Part shown: in pieces, positions 1 through 10,786 of the stretch
How positions within the stretch are numbered: position 1 is the first letter of the stretch
Layout: the number at the start of each line of letters is the position of its first letter
Source: Stramenopiles sp. TOSAG23-6
Taxonomy: Eukaryota
Direction of reading: 5' to 3'
Length of the DNA: 58,906 nt
Assembly (NCBI GenBank): GCA_900128565.1
Contig: LT635917.1
Span: 1-58,906 of the forward strand
Notes under the pieces: model-generated
The model's database searches: none
Told to the model about the DNA's origin: nothing
Seen by the model: the letters and a program-made list of their open reading frames with translations, nothing else
Translations under genes and position numbers: made by a program

Positions 1-896
1 GGCTCAAAGAAAGGCATTAAAAAAGGCTGCAGATAAAGCAGCAGAGACAGATAATACAGTACGGGAGCTTCGCAAAGACGATACAATGAAACGCCTTACA
101 AAGTTAGTTGGTGGTATCACTGATCCGGAATTTTCTCAAGCATTAGAAGATACACTTTCCACTCTAGGAAAACCTGGAGGTTACAATGGAAATCCAGATG
201 ACGTATTTGGTGGACCAGGAATAGATCCAAGTGTGTCTGAACCTACAGTGGACGCCAATATAGCAAAAACATTACAAATGTTATCTGAAGCTGGTAAATC
301 TGGAATTGATGGAATGGAACCAGCAGCAGCTGAAGCTTTAGGTGAAGACATGATGAAGAATATTATGCAAGATTTTGAACGCATGGGAGAAAAAGAAGAT
401 TTTCAAAATGTTGTAGACGGAATGATGAAACAATTGTTGGCCAAGGAAATTATGTATGAACCAATTAAAGCCATCTGTGAGAAATACCCTGAATGGTTAG
501 CTGAAAATGAACCTTTTCTTGAGCGTGTTGAGTATGAGCGTACGTTTTCATCACGATTTTTTTTTTTCATAGAAAATTTTGTACCTAACAAAAAAATTCA
601 AAAAAAAAATATTTTTTCGCAATACATGGTTTGGACGTCAATATCAATTTATTCAAAGAATTTGCGCTTGTTACGAAACTCAGCCAGATAATTTTGAGCG
701 ACTTATGGAACTAATGCAGGATATGCAGGAATGTGGACAACCCCCGGCAGAAATTGTCAAAGAATTAGCTCCAGGATTACAGTTTGGGTCCGACGGTATG
801 CCAATAATGCCTAATATGGGTCCTGGGATGCCGTCTTTCCCTCCGATGGATATGCCGAATGTCCCTGGTATGAATCCACAGTGTACCATTTGCTAG
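1..896 (+). CDS. PEX19: Peroxin-19 (5'-partial); exons <1-539, 628-896
   Basis: Frame open from base 2. Pex19 C-terminal motifs LLAKEIMYEPIKAICEKYPEWL and LMQDMQECGQPPAEIV, ending in a CaaX box (CTIC). Removing 540-627 joins the two ORFs as YER-FGRQYQ. Confidence 0.92.
540..627 (+). other. Family intron, GT-AT, 88 nt
   Basis: GTACGTTTTC...AATTTTGTACCTAAC...AATATTTTTTCGCAATACAT; restores the PEX19 frame (C|GG = Arg). Confidence 0.88.
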
Positions 897-1183
897 AATA
901 TTTTTTTTTTGCTTAAATAATTTGTTTTTATGATAAATGAAATATATTTTTTGTGTTTATAATAATATATCCACTTTGGTGAAAAAAATTCTGAAATCTA
1001 TAAAAAAAAAAAAAAAAATGTTACAAAAAAAATCACGAAAAACAAATCACAATCGCAATCCAATGACACGTGGCAAAAAAAATAAAAAAGCGCGCGAAAA
1101 ATTTCAAATCAAAAATTCAAATGCATTGTGACATCAAGTTTTCCCCCCTAAAGTAATTTATCTGTAGATAAAATTATTAAATA

Positions 1184-4100
1184 ATGAGTAATAATATTTG
1201 TTTCGCTGCTGCTGCAGAGCGAGGGTATGATGTCAATGAGCTCATTGGCGAAGGAACATTTGCTCAAGTATTCTCTGCGGTACATAAAAAAAGTGGTTCA
1301 AGAGTTGCACTAAAGGTAATGCGTAAGACTGAGCTATCAAGGCGAGGAATGCTACCTCGCGTTCGCGGGGAGATTGAAACGCACGCTTTCTGCTCAAGGC
1401 ACGCAGCTGTAGTAAGAATGTATGATAGTTTTGAAGATTTAAATAGTATTTATATTGTTCTAGAGCTATGTGAAGGAGTATCGGGACCATTAGATTTATA
1501 TGAACTGCTAAAATATAGCCCTAAAAAGTCTCTTGAGGAGAGTCAAGCACGTACCGCCATGGACTCTCTTCTAAGTGCAGTTTTATATTTACACGAGCGT
1601 GGCGTACTACATCGCGATATTAAAGCATCGAACCTTTTACTTTCTTCCCGAAATATAAATAAAAACAATGGGGAAAACAGAAAAGAAATAGGAACAGGCG
1701 CAGCACTTAAACTTGCTGACTTTGGTCTCGCAGTTCGACTTCAGCGTCCAGATGAGCAAAGATTTACAATTTGCGGAACTCCAAATTATTTAGCACCAGA
1801 AGTATTATCTGGTTCAGCACAAGGTACAGCAAGGGATATGTGGTCCGTAGGTTGTGTGTTGTATACGATGCTTATCGGGACGCCTCCCTTTGAAGCACAG
1901 CGACCACAAGAAACCATGGAAAGAATTCGACACATGGACTTCGAACTACCAGGTACCTTATCACTGGAGGCAAGAGATATCCTCGCACGCTTACTTACAC
2001 CTTTTCCAAACAAACGCATCACTGCCAAGGAAGCATTACAACATCCATTTATGAACAAAAACCGCCTTCGAAAACCTCTACAGCAAGAAAAAGTAAAGAT
2101 TTTAGAGAAAAAGCGGGATGTTTGTCCTTCCCGTCAGTTTCCATTGCCCGAAGTTATTGATGTCACAACCTCTCTACTACAGTCTGAAGTTGAAGTAGAA
2201 GCTGAATTAGAATCACTTTTTGGTAGTGATGTATGTGATACATCAAGTCGGAGTATTATGACAATACATTCTACAACTAGTCAAGTGAAAAGAAGTCGAT
2301 ACCCAGGGGACGGTGAAAAGCGCCAGACGACTTCAACAATGTTAAAGGACATTGGAATCGAACCTAATCATATAAATATGGACAATGAAGTGTATTTAAA
2401 GCCTTGTAATACAAAACGAATAAAAGCAGTTTTCAATGCCGAAAGAGTCCTTAGTAAAGATGTAAAAGCAAATCTCGCTGATACAAATAAGAATTCAAAT
2501 ATTCAGACAAAGAGTGTTCATATTTTAAAATCAGGGTGTATTTTATGTGAAATTAATGCAATGAATATGGATAATATATTATGGCTTCAGAGTCCTACAC
2601 GATTAGTACTTCGTATATCTAGAAATGGTCAAATGTGTCATTTAGGGTTGATATACTCCCCGAATTCATTCAAGATCAAAAGAGTAATATCACGTTATTC
2701 TCTTTCTAAACTACCTATCGAATTGTGTGGTATCTATCAATATGCATCAATCATTGTAAAAGCATTGCGCTCGAAAACCTCAAAAGTAGTTTTGTCGTCA
2801 TCTTGTTGGAAAGCTTCTTTAATGGAAAGTAGGGATTTTGTGTTAGCATTTACTCAAGACGAGATGCCGATTACACGTACTGGGCGAAGAATTCAACGGG
2901 TTTTATTAGATGCAAATGGATCAACTGCAACACTGTGGTTCAAAAGTAATGATTCTTGCAACGTGTCACGACATGTCGATAGTATTACACTTTGTCTGAG
3001 TGACACTATCTTTCTGACTGAAGGAAATTCAGACGAAAATGAAGTAATAACTGCTATTTTATTACAAGCTCAACAAATCCAGAAAAAATGTCTTTTGGAA
3101 GAAAGTTTATCCATAAAAAACATGAATTCAAAGTTTCCCATTACAAAAACTGTAAGAGATATCTTTAGTGACGAGCAAATATATTCCCAGAAAACAACAC
3201 AACTGAAACCACCTCTAGTTGTAGGACCATCAATGCGTGATATATCAAATTCGACGCCTTTTTCTTCTATGAGGTCTAACCCAAATAATGATACATCTTT
3301 TTGTACGTATGCTTCACGTGCCAGTTCTGTCTGGACATCCGCGACCAGCTCATGGAATACTTCTGTAACATCAATTATGATGTCTTCAAATGTTGGCGTC
3401 CCAGTCACAAAATACTCAAGAACATCAGATTCCAATGATTCGCCTGGTTGCATTACATCGTCTGCATCTTCGTCAATGTTAACAACTAGTTCTAGTGCGG
3501 TGAGTGGTGGTACATCTATGTTAACGACAAGTTCTAGCGCTGTGAGTGGTGGCAATTTAAGTGTAAATATGAGTAGTGATGCTTCATTTAGCAAATATCT
3601 CATTGCTGGTAATATAGAAAATGATCAGTGGATAGATAATGAAACTTCATGGTTCGTTAGCCCTGAATGTATCGAAGAGTCAGAAGCACAAGTTCAAGAG
3701 ATAAATGAAGATAGAAATGTTCTACAAAACACTTCATCAAGGTCATGTTGTAACATTAAAAAAAACACACAAAACCTAATGGTTTTACAACGTGAAATGA
3801 ATACGCCATGTGTGACTACAGATATGTTATCAGCCGCATCTGATGCATTAGATCTCTTGAAAGTTCCACTTGAAACTTCTATAGAAGAAACAACAAATGA
3901 ACAAACCTGTCAACAAAATTTAAACAATACTCAACCTAATGAAACCGACCTTGAGAACATTTCAGTATGTCAAGCTAATCGATCTTCAGAAGGGGATTTA
4001 CACGTATCGTTCAGCGATGGTGCATCAATAGTTTTAAGCCAAGAGGCAAACTACGTCAGTTACCGTACTTCATTGGAGAAGACTGAAAAAAGTAAAATAT

Positions 4101-4192
4101 TTTATTTAAATGGAATTTCTAGCTCAAATGATCTCCCTAAACATATTCTTGTACGGCTGGCATTGGCCGCTCAAATGGAGAATATTTGGTAA
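1184..4192 (+). CDS. PLK4: Polo-like kinase 4 (SAK-like), single exon
   Basis: Kinase motifs GEGTFA, HRDIK, DFG, TICGTPNYLAPE. Cryptic polo-box-like segment YQYASIIVKALRSKTSKV..KASLME..DF and C-terminal PB3-like VSFSDGASIVL..LPKHILVRL. Confidence 0.85.
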   Translation: MSNNICFAAAAERGYDVNELIGEGTFAQVFSAVHKKSGSRVALKVMRKTELSRRGMLPRVRGEIETHAFCSRHAAVVRMYDSFEDLNSIYIVLELCEGVSGPLDLYELLKYSPKKSLEESQARTAMDSLLSAVLYLHERGVLHRDIKASNLLLSSRNINKNNGENRKEIGTGAALKLADFGLAVRLQRPDEQRFTICGTPNYLAPEVLSGSAQGTARDMWSVGCVLYTMLIGTPPFEAQRPQETMERIRHMDFELPGTLSLEARDILARLLTPFPNKRITAKEALQHPFMNKNRLRKPLQQEKVKILEKKRDVCPSRQFPLPEVIDVTTSLLQSEVEVEAELESLFGSDVCDTSSRSIMTIHSTTSQVKRSRYPGDGEKRQTTSTMLKDIGIEPNHINMDNEVYLKPCNTKRIKAVFNAERVLSKDVKANLADTNKNSNIQTKSVHILKSGCILCEINAMNMDNILWLQSPTRLVLRISRNGQMCHLGLIYSPNSFKIKRVISRYSLSKLPIELCGIYQYASIIVKALRSKTSKVVLSSSCWKASLMESRDFVLAFTQDEMPITRTGRRIQRVLLDANGSTATLWFKSNDSCNVSRHVDSITLCLSDTIFLTEGNSDENEVITAILLQAQQIQKKCLLEESLSIKNMNSKFPITKTVRDIFSDEQIYSQKTTQLKPPLVVGPSMRDISNSTPFSSMRSNPNNDTSFCTYASRASSVWTSATSSWNTSVTSIMMSSNVGVPVTKYSRTSDSNDSPGCITSSASSSMLTTSSSAVSGGTSMLTTSSSAVSGGNLSVNMSSDASFSKYLIAGNIENDQWIDNETSWFVSPECIEESEAQVQEINEDRNVLQNTSSRSCCNIKKNTQNLMVLQREMNTPCVTTDMLSAASDALDLLKVPLETSIEETTNEQTCQQNLNNTQPNETDLENISVCQANRSSEGDLHVSFSDGASIVLSQEANYVSYRTSLEKTEKSKIFYLNGISSSNDLPKHILVRLALAAQMENIW
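3473..3553 (+). repeat. Two-copy in-frame tandem repeat (SMLTTSSSAVSGG) in the PLK4 linker
   Basis: 42-nt period with synonymous differences. Confidence 0.8.
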
Positions 4193-4363
4193 ATTCCAAT
4201 TTCAACTTGTATTTATATTATTAAAAGTTAACCGAAAAAATCGGTTTTGTTCCCCCCCCCAAAATATCAAAATATTTGTGTAGCTAGTTTTTATTACAAA
4301 ATAAAATAAAAAATAAAAAATAGCTTTTTGTATTATTTTTTTTTTATAATGTTTTTATAAATA

Positions 4364-5863
4364 TTAAAAAGTATTTGGAAATATTTCGTCTGAAATCGAG
4401 TCTCCTAATATGGAATCAACTCCTTTCAATTCTTTCCAGCCTCCATACTTTGCTATATAGAGTACTGCAAGTTGATTAGGAAGAGCTCTAAATACAATTG
4501 CAACATCCATTGGTGTAGACTTAAAATCCATATCCATGATTGGCAAATGAAGTATCTGTGTAGTGTCACGGGCTGTGAAGAATATTAAAAAAAAAAAAAT
4601 GTTACATACAAAATTTGGTACAAAAAAAGTTACATTTGAAATGAGTGATGAAAACGTACATTTCCCTGAAGATCAAACGGGGGCGAGGAAGAACCTAAAC
4701 TAGCCCAACTTGTGATAAAGGCACATTTCGTCTTTCCAAAAAACCCAGGGTATTTGGATGTAATTCCAGAGTATGAACCATCTTGCCGAGGAGAAAGCCA
4801 AGAGCGAACGTCTTCTGGTGTTTTGAATCCTCCTTTATCTGCCAAAATCACTCCTTCATAGTTCCCCCCGTATGTTTTGTGAAAAAAATATTTCAAACAT
4901 TTGAAATCGTTAGGTACGAAATTGCGTACGAAAAAAAAATTATAAATTTGAAATGGAAGAGGACAACATACATGTTGCATCTTGCAATTCTTCCCATCTA
5001 CTACGATAATTTATAGTCATCATTGAAATATCAGCATCACACGAATTAAGAAAATGTGATGTAATAATATCATTTGATGAAACATAAGGCACTACATTGT
5101 TCTCAAGAACTCTACTTTTTGCAATGTCAATTTGCTTTTTATCTACATAAAATGCTAGTGGACGCCCCTTTGGCTTACTAAATACACCTTGAACCATAGA
5201 CTTGATAAATGCAAGGCTATTACCATACTTAAAATCGGATTCTCCCATTAACCTTTTTTCCTGCGTTTTCTCATAATCAAATTTACGTTTAGGTATAATT
5301 TTTGGAATTGGAGATAATTCACCAGAGTCGTTAACAATGTCTGCCAATGAGTTCAAGACTTCGTAGTATGTAAAACCGTCAGCAACTACGTGGCTCATTG
5401 AAAAGATCATGGCAAAACTAGTTTCATCTATTGGAGCCAATAAGCATTTAGTGACAGGCGTTTGATGTTGGAGAATAACTTTCCCCTTCCCTACAGCTAA
5501 TTTTCTGCTCAAATCGACGAGACGAGAATATTCCGTTTTCATACTTAGATCTTGTACTGGAGTTTCTTTGATAGTGAGAATTTTCTCAACGTGAAATCGT
5601 TCAATCACAGAAGGATAGACAAGTTGAACACTTTCGCCTTTAAATTTACATAAAGTTCCACAAATCCAAGGATTTTTTTCAGCAACGAGATACAACCGAT
5701 TTTCAATGTGAGTTATGACGTTGTTAATATTTCCTCTAAAAAATGTTATAGTGCAAATTGGTGGATGTTTAAATTGTCCTGTTGCGCCTGAACTAAGTTC
5801 TCTCTTAAATAGCGGCTCTGCACAGTCATAAGGACAATTTTCAATAGAAATACCGTTTCCCAT
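4364..5863 (-). CDS. CoA-dependent (HxxxD) acyltransferase-like protein; exons 5863-4972, 4871-4660, 4567(or 4555)-4364
   Basis: SHVVADG HxxxD motif; three ORF fragments joined in frame by two family introns. Confidence 0.65.
4568..4659 (-). other. Family intron, GT-GT (92 nt) or GT-AG to 4556 (104 nt)
   Basis: GTACGTTTTCATC...AAATTTTGTATGTAAC...AATATTCTTCACAGCCCGT. The first AG is out of frame; both the positional end (4568) and a later AG (4556) are in frame. Confidence 0.7.
4872..4971 (-). other. Family intron, GT-AT, 100 nt
   Basis: GTATGTTGTC...TTTCGTACCTAAC...CACAAAACAT; joins DAT-YGGNYEG in frame. Confidence 0.82.
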
Positions 5864-6125
5864 TTGTTACTATGAAATAGAAATCACGTAGTAGTAGTTA
5901 CCAGTAGTATGTAGCAAATAATGACAACAAAAAATTGTTGCCGTTTGTAAAAAAACGCAAAACAAAACGCCACGTGTTTTTTCTCGATTCAGTTCAAAAG
6001 GAAACACATGAGTCCATAGTACATGGTACAAATAGGTACTGCAGTGGAATACATACTACGAGATTTTGCCTCTAGCTAGGAGCCAGTATTCTCCGTCGTG
6101 AATATTTTAGTTGAATATTTTGACA

Positions 6126-8675
6126 ATGTATAATGTGTCGTTTGCATCCCGAACAGTGATATCTGTTTCAACTCGTCGTTTGACGATGGTTGTGTCTCAG
6201 AACTCGAGACAGGGCGTACATTGCCAAAAGCGAAATTTCAGTATACGAACACCCTTTTCAAAACCAAACCGAAACAACAGAAATAAACGTTTCTTTTCAG
6301 CAGCATCAAATAGTTTAGCATCACAGCGTCATGTAAAGGCGGGTGGAATTATAGATTTGGATACAGACCACGAATTTTGTGATAAAAATGACAGGAAAAC
6401 ATATAATAAAATGGGAGTGTCTTTTCAAAGTAGTAGTGAATCTATTGTTACTCCAGTTGAAGAAGATAGACAAGACGATGAACCGCCCACAGTTCAAATA
6501 GTTACACAAAAGTTAAATCGAGAACAAAGTAATGACCTTCTTCAAGGTGTACTAGATTCGGAAATTATAGGAAATACTGATTGGACCGGTGAGGAGTTAA
6601 TCTCACAACTTTTAGCAGATGTTTTTCAGTTACAGCCCAACGTAAGTGCAGAAGAGTTAGTCTCTATGATCAATGATTTCAATACAAGTAAAGATAGTAG
6701 AAATTACAGAAAAGGTATGGCTGCAAGATTTTCAAGGTTGTTATTTGGGTTTATTAAAAAACAAGCGGAAAAAGCTCCGGCGGACATCAAATCGAGTTTG
6801 ACTTCTCCCCATCCTCCCGAATTTCTGAAAAGTCTGATATCGAAATATATGCTTGGTGAAGGTTGGAATTCTGCATATGCAGAAAGTGAAATTTCTAGAC
6901 CAATCAATGATGCACTTGTGTATTTACGATCTCATTGGGCTGTAGAACTTCAAGCTCTACATAGTACCGCTTTAGCTTGGTCAGATGAGTTTGATAATTC
7001 TCTATATTTACACCGCGAATTTGGTACGAGAGCTTTACGATTACATCGTATATTACGTGCAACATTGTCAAAAGAGAAATATATTTCACTTTTTCAACTT
7101 TTAGGCGCTTTTAATGATCAAAAAGGAATTCATTCAAAACGTGAAAAAGAACAATTATTTCTTGACATGGAGTCTCTAATAACAACTGACGAAAATTGGT
7201 GTCCACGTGACATGTCGCCTGAAGCTTATGATCCTTCATATGCCAAAAACTCAGAAAAGAAGATTAAATTGACGTTTGGTGTATCTCCTGGTGTTCCGGT
7301 TGGTGGGAAGGTTAATGTTGTTATGCCTGATGGACAAGTGAAGGAGGTGACACGTGGCATGCAGAATGAGTATGATTTAAATGCTCAAGTTACGCGTGGT
7401 ATGCAATATGAATATGATTTAAAGAAAAATACAGCAGAAGCAGTTCCTGCAGAAACAACATCTGTAAACTTTGATATGAAAGAAGTTGAGAAGGCGCCGA
7501 AAGTTGTTGAATCGCCAGAACATAGACATTTGGTAGAAATGTTGAAGTGGTTGATTCAGGGAAAACCTGCCACTGAACGCCCTTCAGATTTAAGTGTTCC
7601 TCCAAGTAATATTGCGGCTGCTATTTTACATGCTCGATATAGATTTAGACGAGGTGTTCGACGTGTTCAAGTGAGAGAGCACAAGAAGCAAAAGCGTCAA
7701 GGACAACGTGAAAACGAAAAGCGAAACGAACCGTTCGAATCTGGTAAAATTGTTGATCGTGCTAGCCATGAAGATTCTGATATAAATGAGGCGAATCAAT
7801 CAAATGATTCACTTGATCCATTAGATGCTGATAAATCTATGAATTATATTGATGTTACTCCGAAAAAGAAAAAATTCGACAAAAGTATTCCTCCATTTGT
7901 TTTACAAGCAGGATTAAACCCTGCTCCTTTTGTTTCAGCCAATGTGTTGAGAGAGAACAAAATACCTAATGACGATTTAGTTGTACTTGTTGAATCTGTT
8001 CCAGCATTTGTAAGTGAAAACGATTTGCGTAAGGCTTTTTCACGATGTGGTGAAATTGAGAATGTATCGATTATTGGGAGAGAAAAAAATGAAGCCAAAA
8101 TAGTTTCTGAAGACAATGTGAAGATAGAAAATAAAGTAGAAAATAAAAGTAAAAAAAGTAAAAAGGGTAGAAAGGGTAAAAAGAAAGGTGACGCTCGAGC
8201 AGATGGAGAGAGAGGTAAACAAGAACTTTCATTAAGAAGTAGAAATGCCCGTAGACTAGCCATGAAAGACTGCTGGCGTAGTTTCGGAGTAATAGAATTC
8301 AAGAACAAATCTGGTCGAGATGTTGCTTTGTCATCCTCATTGAGATGTATTGGAATGTTCATTAGAGGTGAAGCACTACGCACAGTTTGTCCAAAGTTAA
8401 GGTCAACTTTGTATGTTAATAATTTAGATTTTAATCTTACAACTCATGAAGTGGCACATATGATGACTGATATGCATAGTTATGGTGATGTTCCAGGTAT
8501 TGAAATTAAAGCCAACCCTAAAGGTGAAAATGGTTCAATTTCTGGTACTAATTCTGGGCATTGTTTAATTGAATATCCAAATTATGCTGTCGCAATTTCT
8601 GCCTTAGCAAATGTCACTGGTCAACATGTTGATGGAAAGCGGCTCAAAGTAAGATGGCCAAAAAGTAAGTATTAA
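6126..8675 (+). CDS. RRM-domain protein, probably organelle-targeted
   Basis: Two C-terminal RRM-like segments (LVESVPAFVSENDLRKAFSRCGEI..FGVIEF; LYVNNL..GHCLIEY). Arg/Ser-rich N-terminus resembles a mitochondrial presequence. First ATG at 6126. Confidence 0.7.
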   Translation: MYNVSFASRTVISVSTRRLTMVVSQNSRQGVHCQKRNFSIRTPFSKPNRNNRNKRFFSAASNSLASQRHVKAGGIIDLDTDHEFCDKNDRKTYNKMGVSFQSSSESIVTPVEEDRQDDEPPTVQIVTQKLNREQSNDLLQGVLDSEIIGNTDWTGEELISQLLADVFQLQPNVSAEELVSMINDFNTSKDSRNYRKGMAARFSRLLFGFIKKQAEKAPADIKSSLTSPHPPEFLKSLISKYMLGEGWNSAYAESEISRPINDALVYLRSHWAVELQALHSTALAWSDEFDNSLYLHREFGTRALRLHRILRATLSKEKYISLFQLLGAFNDQKGIHSKREKEQLFLDMESLITTDENWCPRDMSPEAYDPSYAKNSEKKIKLTFGVSPGVPVGGKVNVVMPDGQVKEVTRGMQNEYDLNAQVTRGMQYEYDLKKNTAEAVPAETTSVNFDMKEVEKAPKVVESPEHRHLVEMLKWLIQGKPATERPSDLSVPPSNIAAAILHARYRFRRGVRRVQVREHKKQKRQGQRENEKRNEPFESGKIVDRASHEDSDINEANQSNDSLDPLDADKSMNYIDVTPKKKKFDKSIPPFVLQAGLNPAPFVSANVLRENKIPNDDLVVLVESVPAFVSENDLRKAFSRCGEIENVSIIGREKNEAKIVSEDNVKIENKVENKSKKSKKGRKGKKKGDARADGERGKQELSLRSRNARRLAMKDCWRSFGVIEFKNKSGRDVALSSSLRCIGMFIRGEALRTVCPKLRSTLYVNNLDFNLTTHEVAHMMTDMHSYGDVPGIEIKANPKGENGSISGTNSGHCLIEYPNYAVAISALANVTGQHVDGKRLKVRWPKSKY
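7348..7420 (+). repeat. Two-copy in-frame repeat VTRGMQ(N/Y)EYDL
   Basis: 42-nt period duplicate inside the CDS. Confidence 0.7.
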
Positions 8676-8717
8676 TCTAGCATTTTATAAATAATATATT
8701 AAACAATTAATAGAATT

Positions 8718-8820
8718 GTATGTTTTTTTTTCCAATTTTTGTCTAATTTTTTTTTTCATACGAAATTTCGTACCTAACAAAAACATTTAGAAAATTCAAT
8801 TTTTTTTTTTTGAAAAACAA
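8718..8820 (+). repeat. Non-coding copy of the intron family (probable 3'UTR intron; 3' end uncertain)
   Basis: GTATGTTTTT at 8718 and CATACGAAATTTCGTACCTAAC at about 8757-8778, starting 43 nt after the stop codon. Confidence 0.7.
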
Positions 8821-8896
8821 AATCTTGGTTTTCATAAATTTGAAAGTATAAATTGTTGACACCTAGTAGAAGTTACTACATATAATCATATCATAG

Positions 8897-10526
8897 TTAT
8901 AGTGTTTGCTTCTCGGAATGTTGTTTCTGTTGCTCTTGAATTATCTTTTGTTGTTGTTGTTGTCTAATCATCAAATACTGTGAAAAAGTATGTCAAATTT
9001 GTTAGGTGTTAAGTACAGAATTTGATACAAAAAACATTTTTAAAAAAATTAATGATGAAAATGTACATGTTTCTCATCCGATACTTCAAAACGTTTTCAA
9101 ACAGTACAATTGATTTATGAAGTCTATCGCGCGAAATTTGATCTAAATTAGGAATATTTAGTTTTTTTATTAAATCTTGACGCAACATCTCGAGTTTCTC
9201 ATTACTCATATTAGCAGTGGCATTTAAAGTAGCTTGAGACAAATGTTTAGGATTACTGATTCGAGGATCGGGAAGTCTTTTACTTGCCATCTTCATTTGT
9301 TCTTTTTGATACTCTAAATGTCGCACAATATTCTGTGCATTCTGCAAGCGAGCTTCAGCAGCACGCACAGCAGAATTACACATTGCCATGTGTGCTTGAA
9401 GTTCTTGCTGGCGTTTCTTCCTGTGTAAATATGTATTGTGAAAAAAAATATTTTTAGAATGTTTTTTATTTTTTTTGTTAGGTACGAAATTAGGTACGAA
9501 ATTTTCATCGTAAAAAAAATACATTTGAAATGAATGATAAAAACGTACATACCACAGGGTCAAAGCAATTCTCTAAATTTGCTTTTCTATTATATAGCTG
9601 TTTCTGAACACGAGAAATTCGTTTAGTTTTCTTATTCACATCGTTGCTCTTCGGAATCACATTTTCTTGATTACTCAATCCCGTAGGATTGACACTGCTA
9701 TTATCTCTATGTAAGAATAATCGTAGACTTTCTCTATATTGAATTTTACTTGGAGCTGTAAGTGCAGGTATTTTGGAAAATATTTCAAAAAAAAATTGTT
9801 AGGTACAAATTTTCGTACGAAAAAAAATGGAATTTGAAAAAAACTAAAACATACAGTAAACTCCGAAGCTCCGCGAGAAAATCGGATAAGATTTCGATCC
9901 CGTTCTAAAAGACATGTCAAACGTTTTGCAGGGGGTATGTCAGTATCAGGAACTGTTCCATTGACTTTATCCCATGATCTAGAGAATCTAAACGCTTCGT
10001 CAGTATATCCAATTTCCCTAGGTCGTTTTTCTAATCGTCTACTTCCAGATGCACCTGCCTTTTTACCATCAACTTCAGTGGATTTACCCTTACTCTTACC
10101 GCGACTTTTACCTTTACTTTTGGTCTGGCGCTTTGTCTTTCCTCCTGTTTTTAATCCAGCTCCACCCTGCACACTTCCCCCTCTATCAAGTGATTGACTC
10201 ACTTGAGCTAATTGCTGCGCGCGAGCTAAAGCAGCTTTATCTAATTGTTCTCTTGCCCATTGCATTAATCTAGCCCCATATTCATACATTGTCCTTAACA
10301 TCGGATTAGTTCCATGTAAGCACGCTGCGTTGAAATCATTGTGAAAATCGTTCAACGTTCTGTATCCGCCGTGCTGATTAAGTCTCTGTCTCATTGTGGT
10401 GAGATTCGGGGCTCTTGAGCGTGTCTGTTGATGGACCCCCTTAATATGAAGATCCCACCGACTAAGACGATCAAGACATAGTTTTAATACAATATGAAGA
10501 GTACTGTAGTCGCTTTCAGTTGACAT
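8897..10526 (-). CDS. Uncharacterised protein with a degenerate bromodomain-like N-terminus; exons 10526-9855, 9765-9549, 9430-9067, 8972-8897
   Basis: PNLTTMRQRLNQHGGYRTLNDFHNDF resembles the bromodomain PMDL..I..Y....F..D segment. Continuous frame after removing three family introns; the last exon is less certain. Confidence 0.6.
8973..9066 (-). other. Family intron, GT-TT (94 nt) or GT-AG to 8978
   Basis: GTACATTTTCATC...CTGTACTTAACACCTAAC...TTTTTCACAGTATTT. The positional end gives a Gln-rich 25-codon tail; the AG gives an almost immediate stop. Confidence 0.65.
9431..9548 (-). other. Family intron, GT-AT, 118 nt, with duplicated branch motif
   Basis: GTACGTTTTT...AATTTCGTACCTAATTTCGTACCTAAC...CACAATACAT. 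The downstream CAG would create TGA. Confidence 0.82.
9766..9854 (-). other. Family intron, GT-CT, 89 nt
   Basis: GTATGTTTTA...AATTTGTACCTAAC...AATATTTTCCAAAATACCT. This end opens a 217-nt exon in phase with the next intron; the downstream CAG leads to a stop at 9675. Confidence 0.8.
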
Positions 10527-10786
10527 GCTAGGTTGGTAACACTTAGTAACACTTCCTGTTCAAACACGCAAAAATAATCTATCGAAAAAGCTTTTCTTTT
10601 TTCTTCGAAATTCAGCTTTTTTGACCACATCACATAGTGACGTCATCCCAAGTTTATTTTGGCCAAGTGCTACGTATAGTCTATATCACATATGACACTA
10701 CCTGGCTATAAGATAAACAATCTAATTTTGTGAGCAAATTGTTATACTTTAGTGTATTCTTTTTTTTTGGCAAATTGTATTGGATC

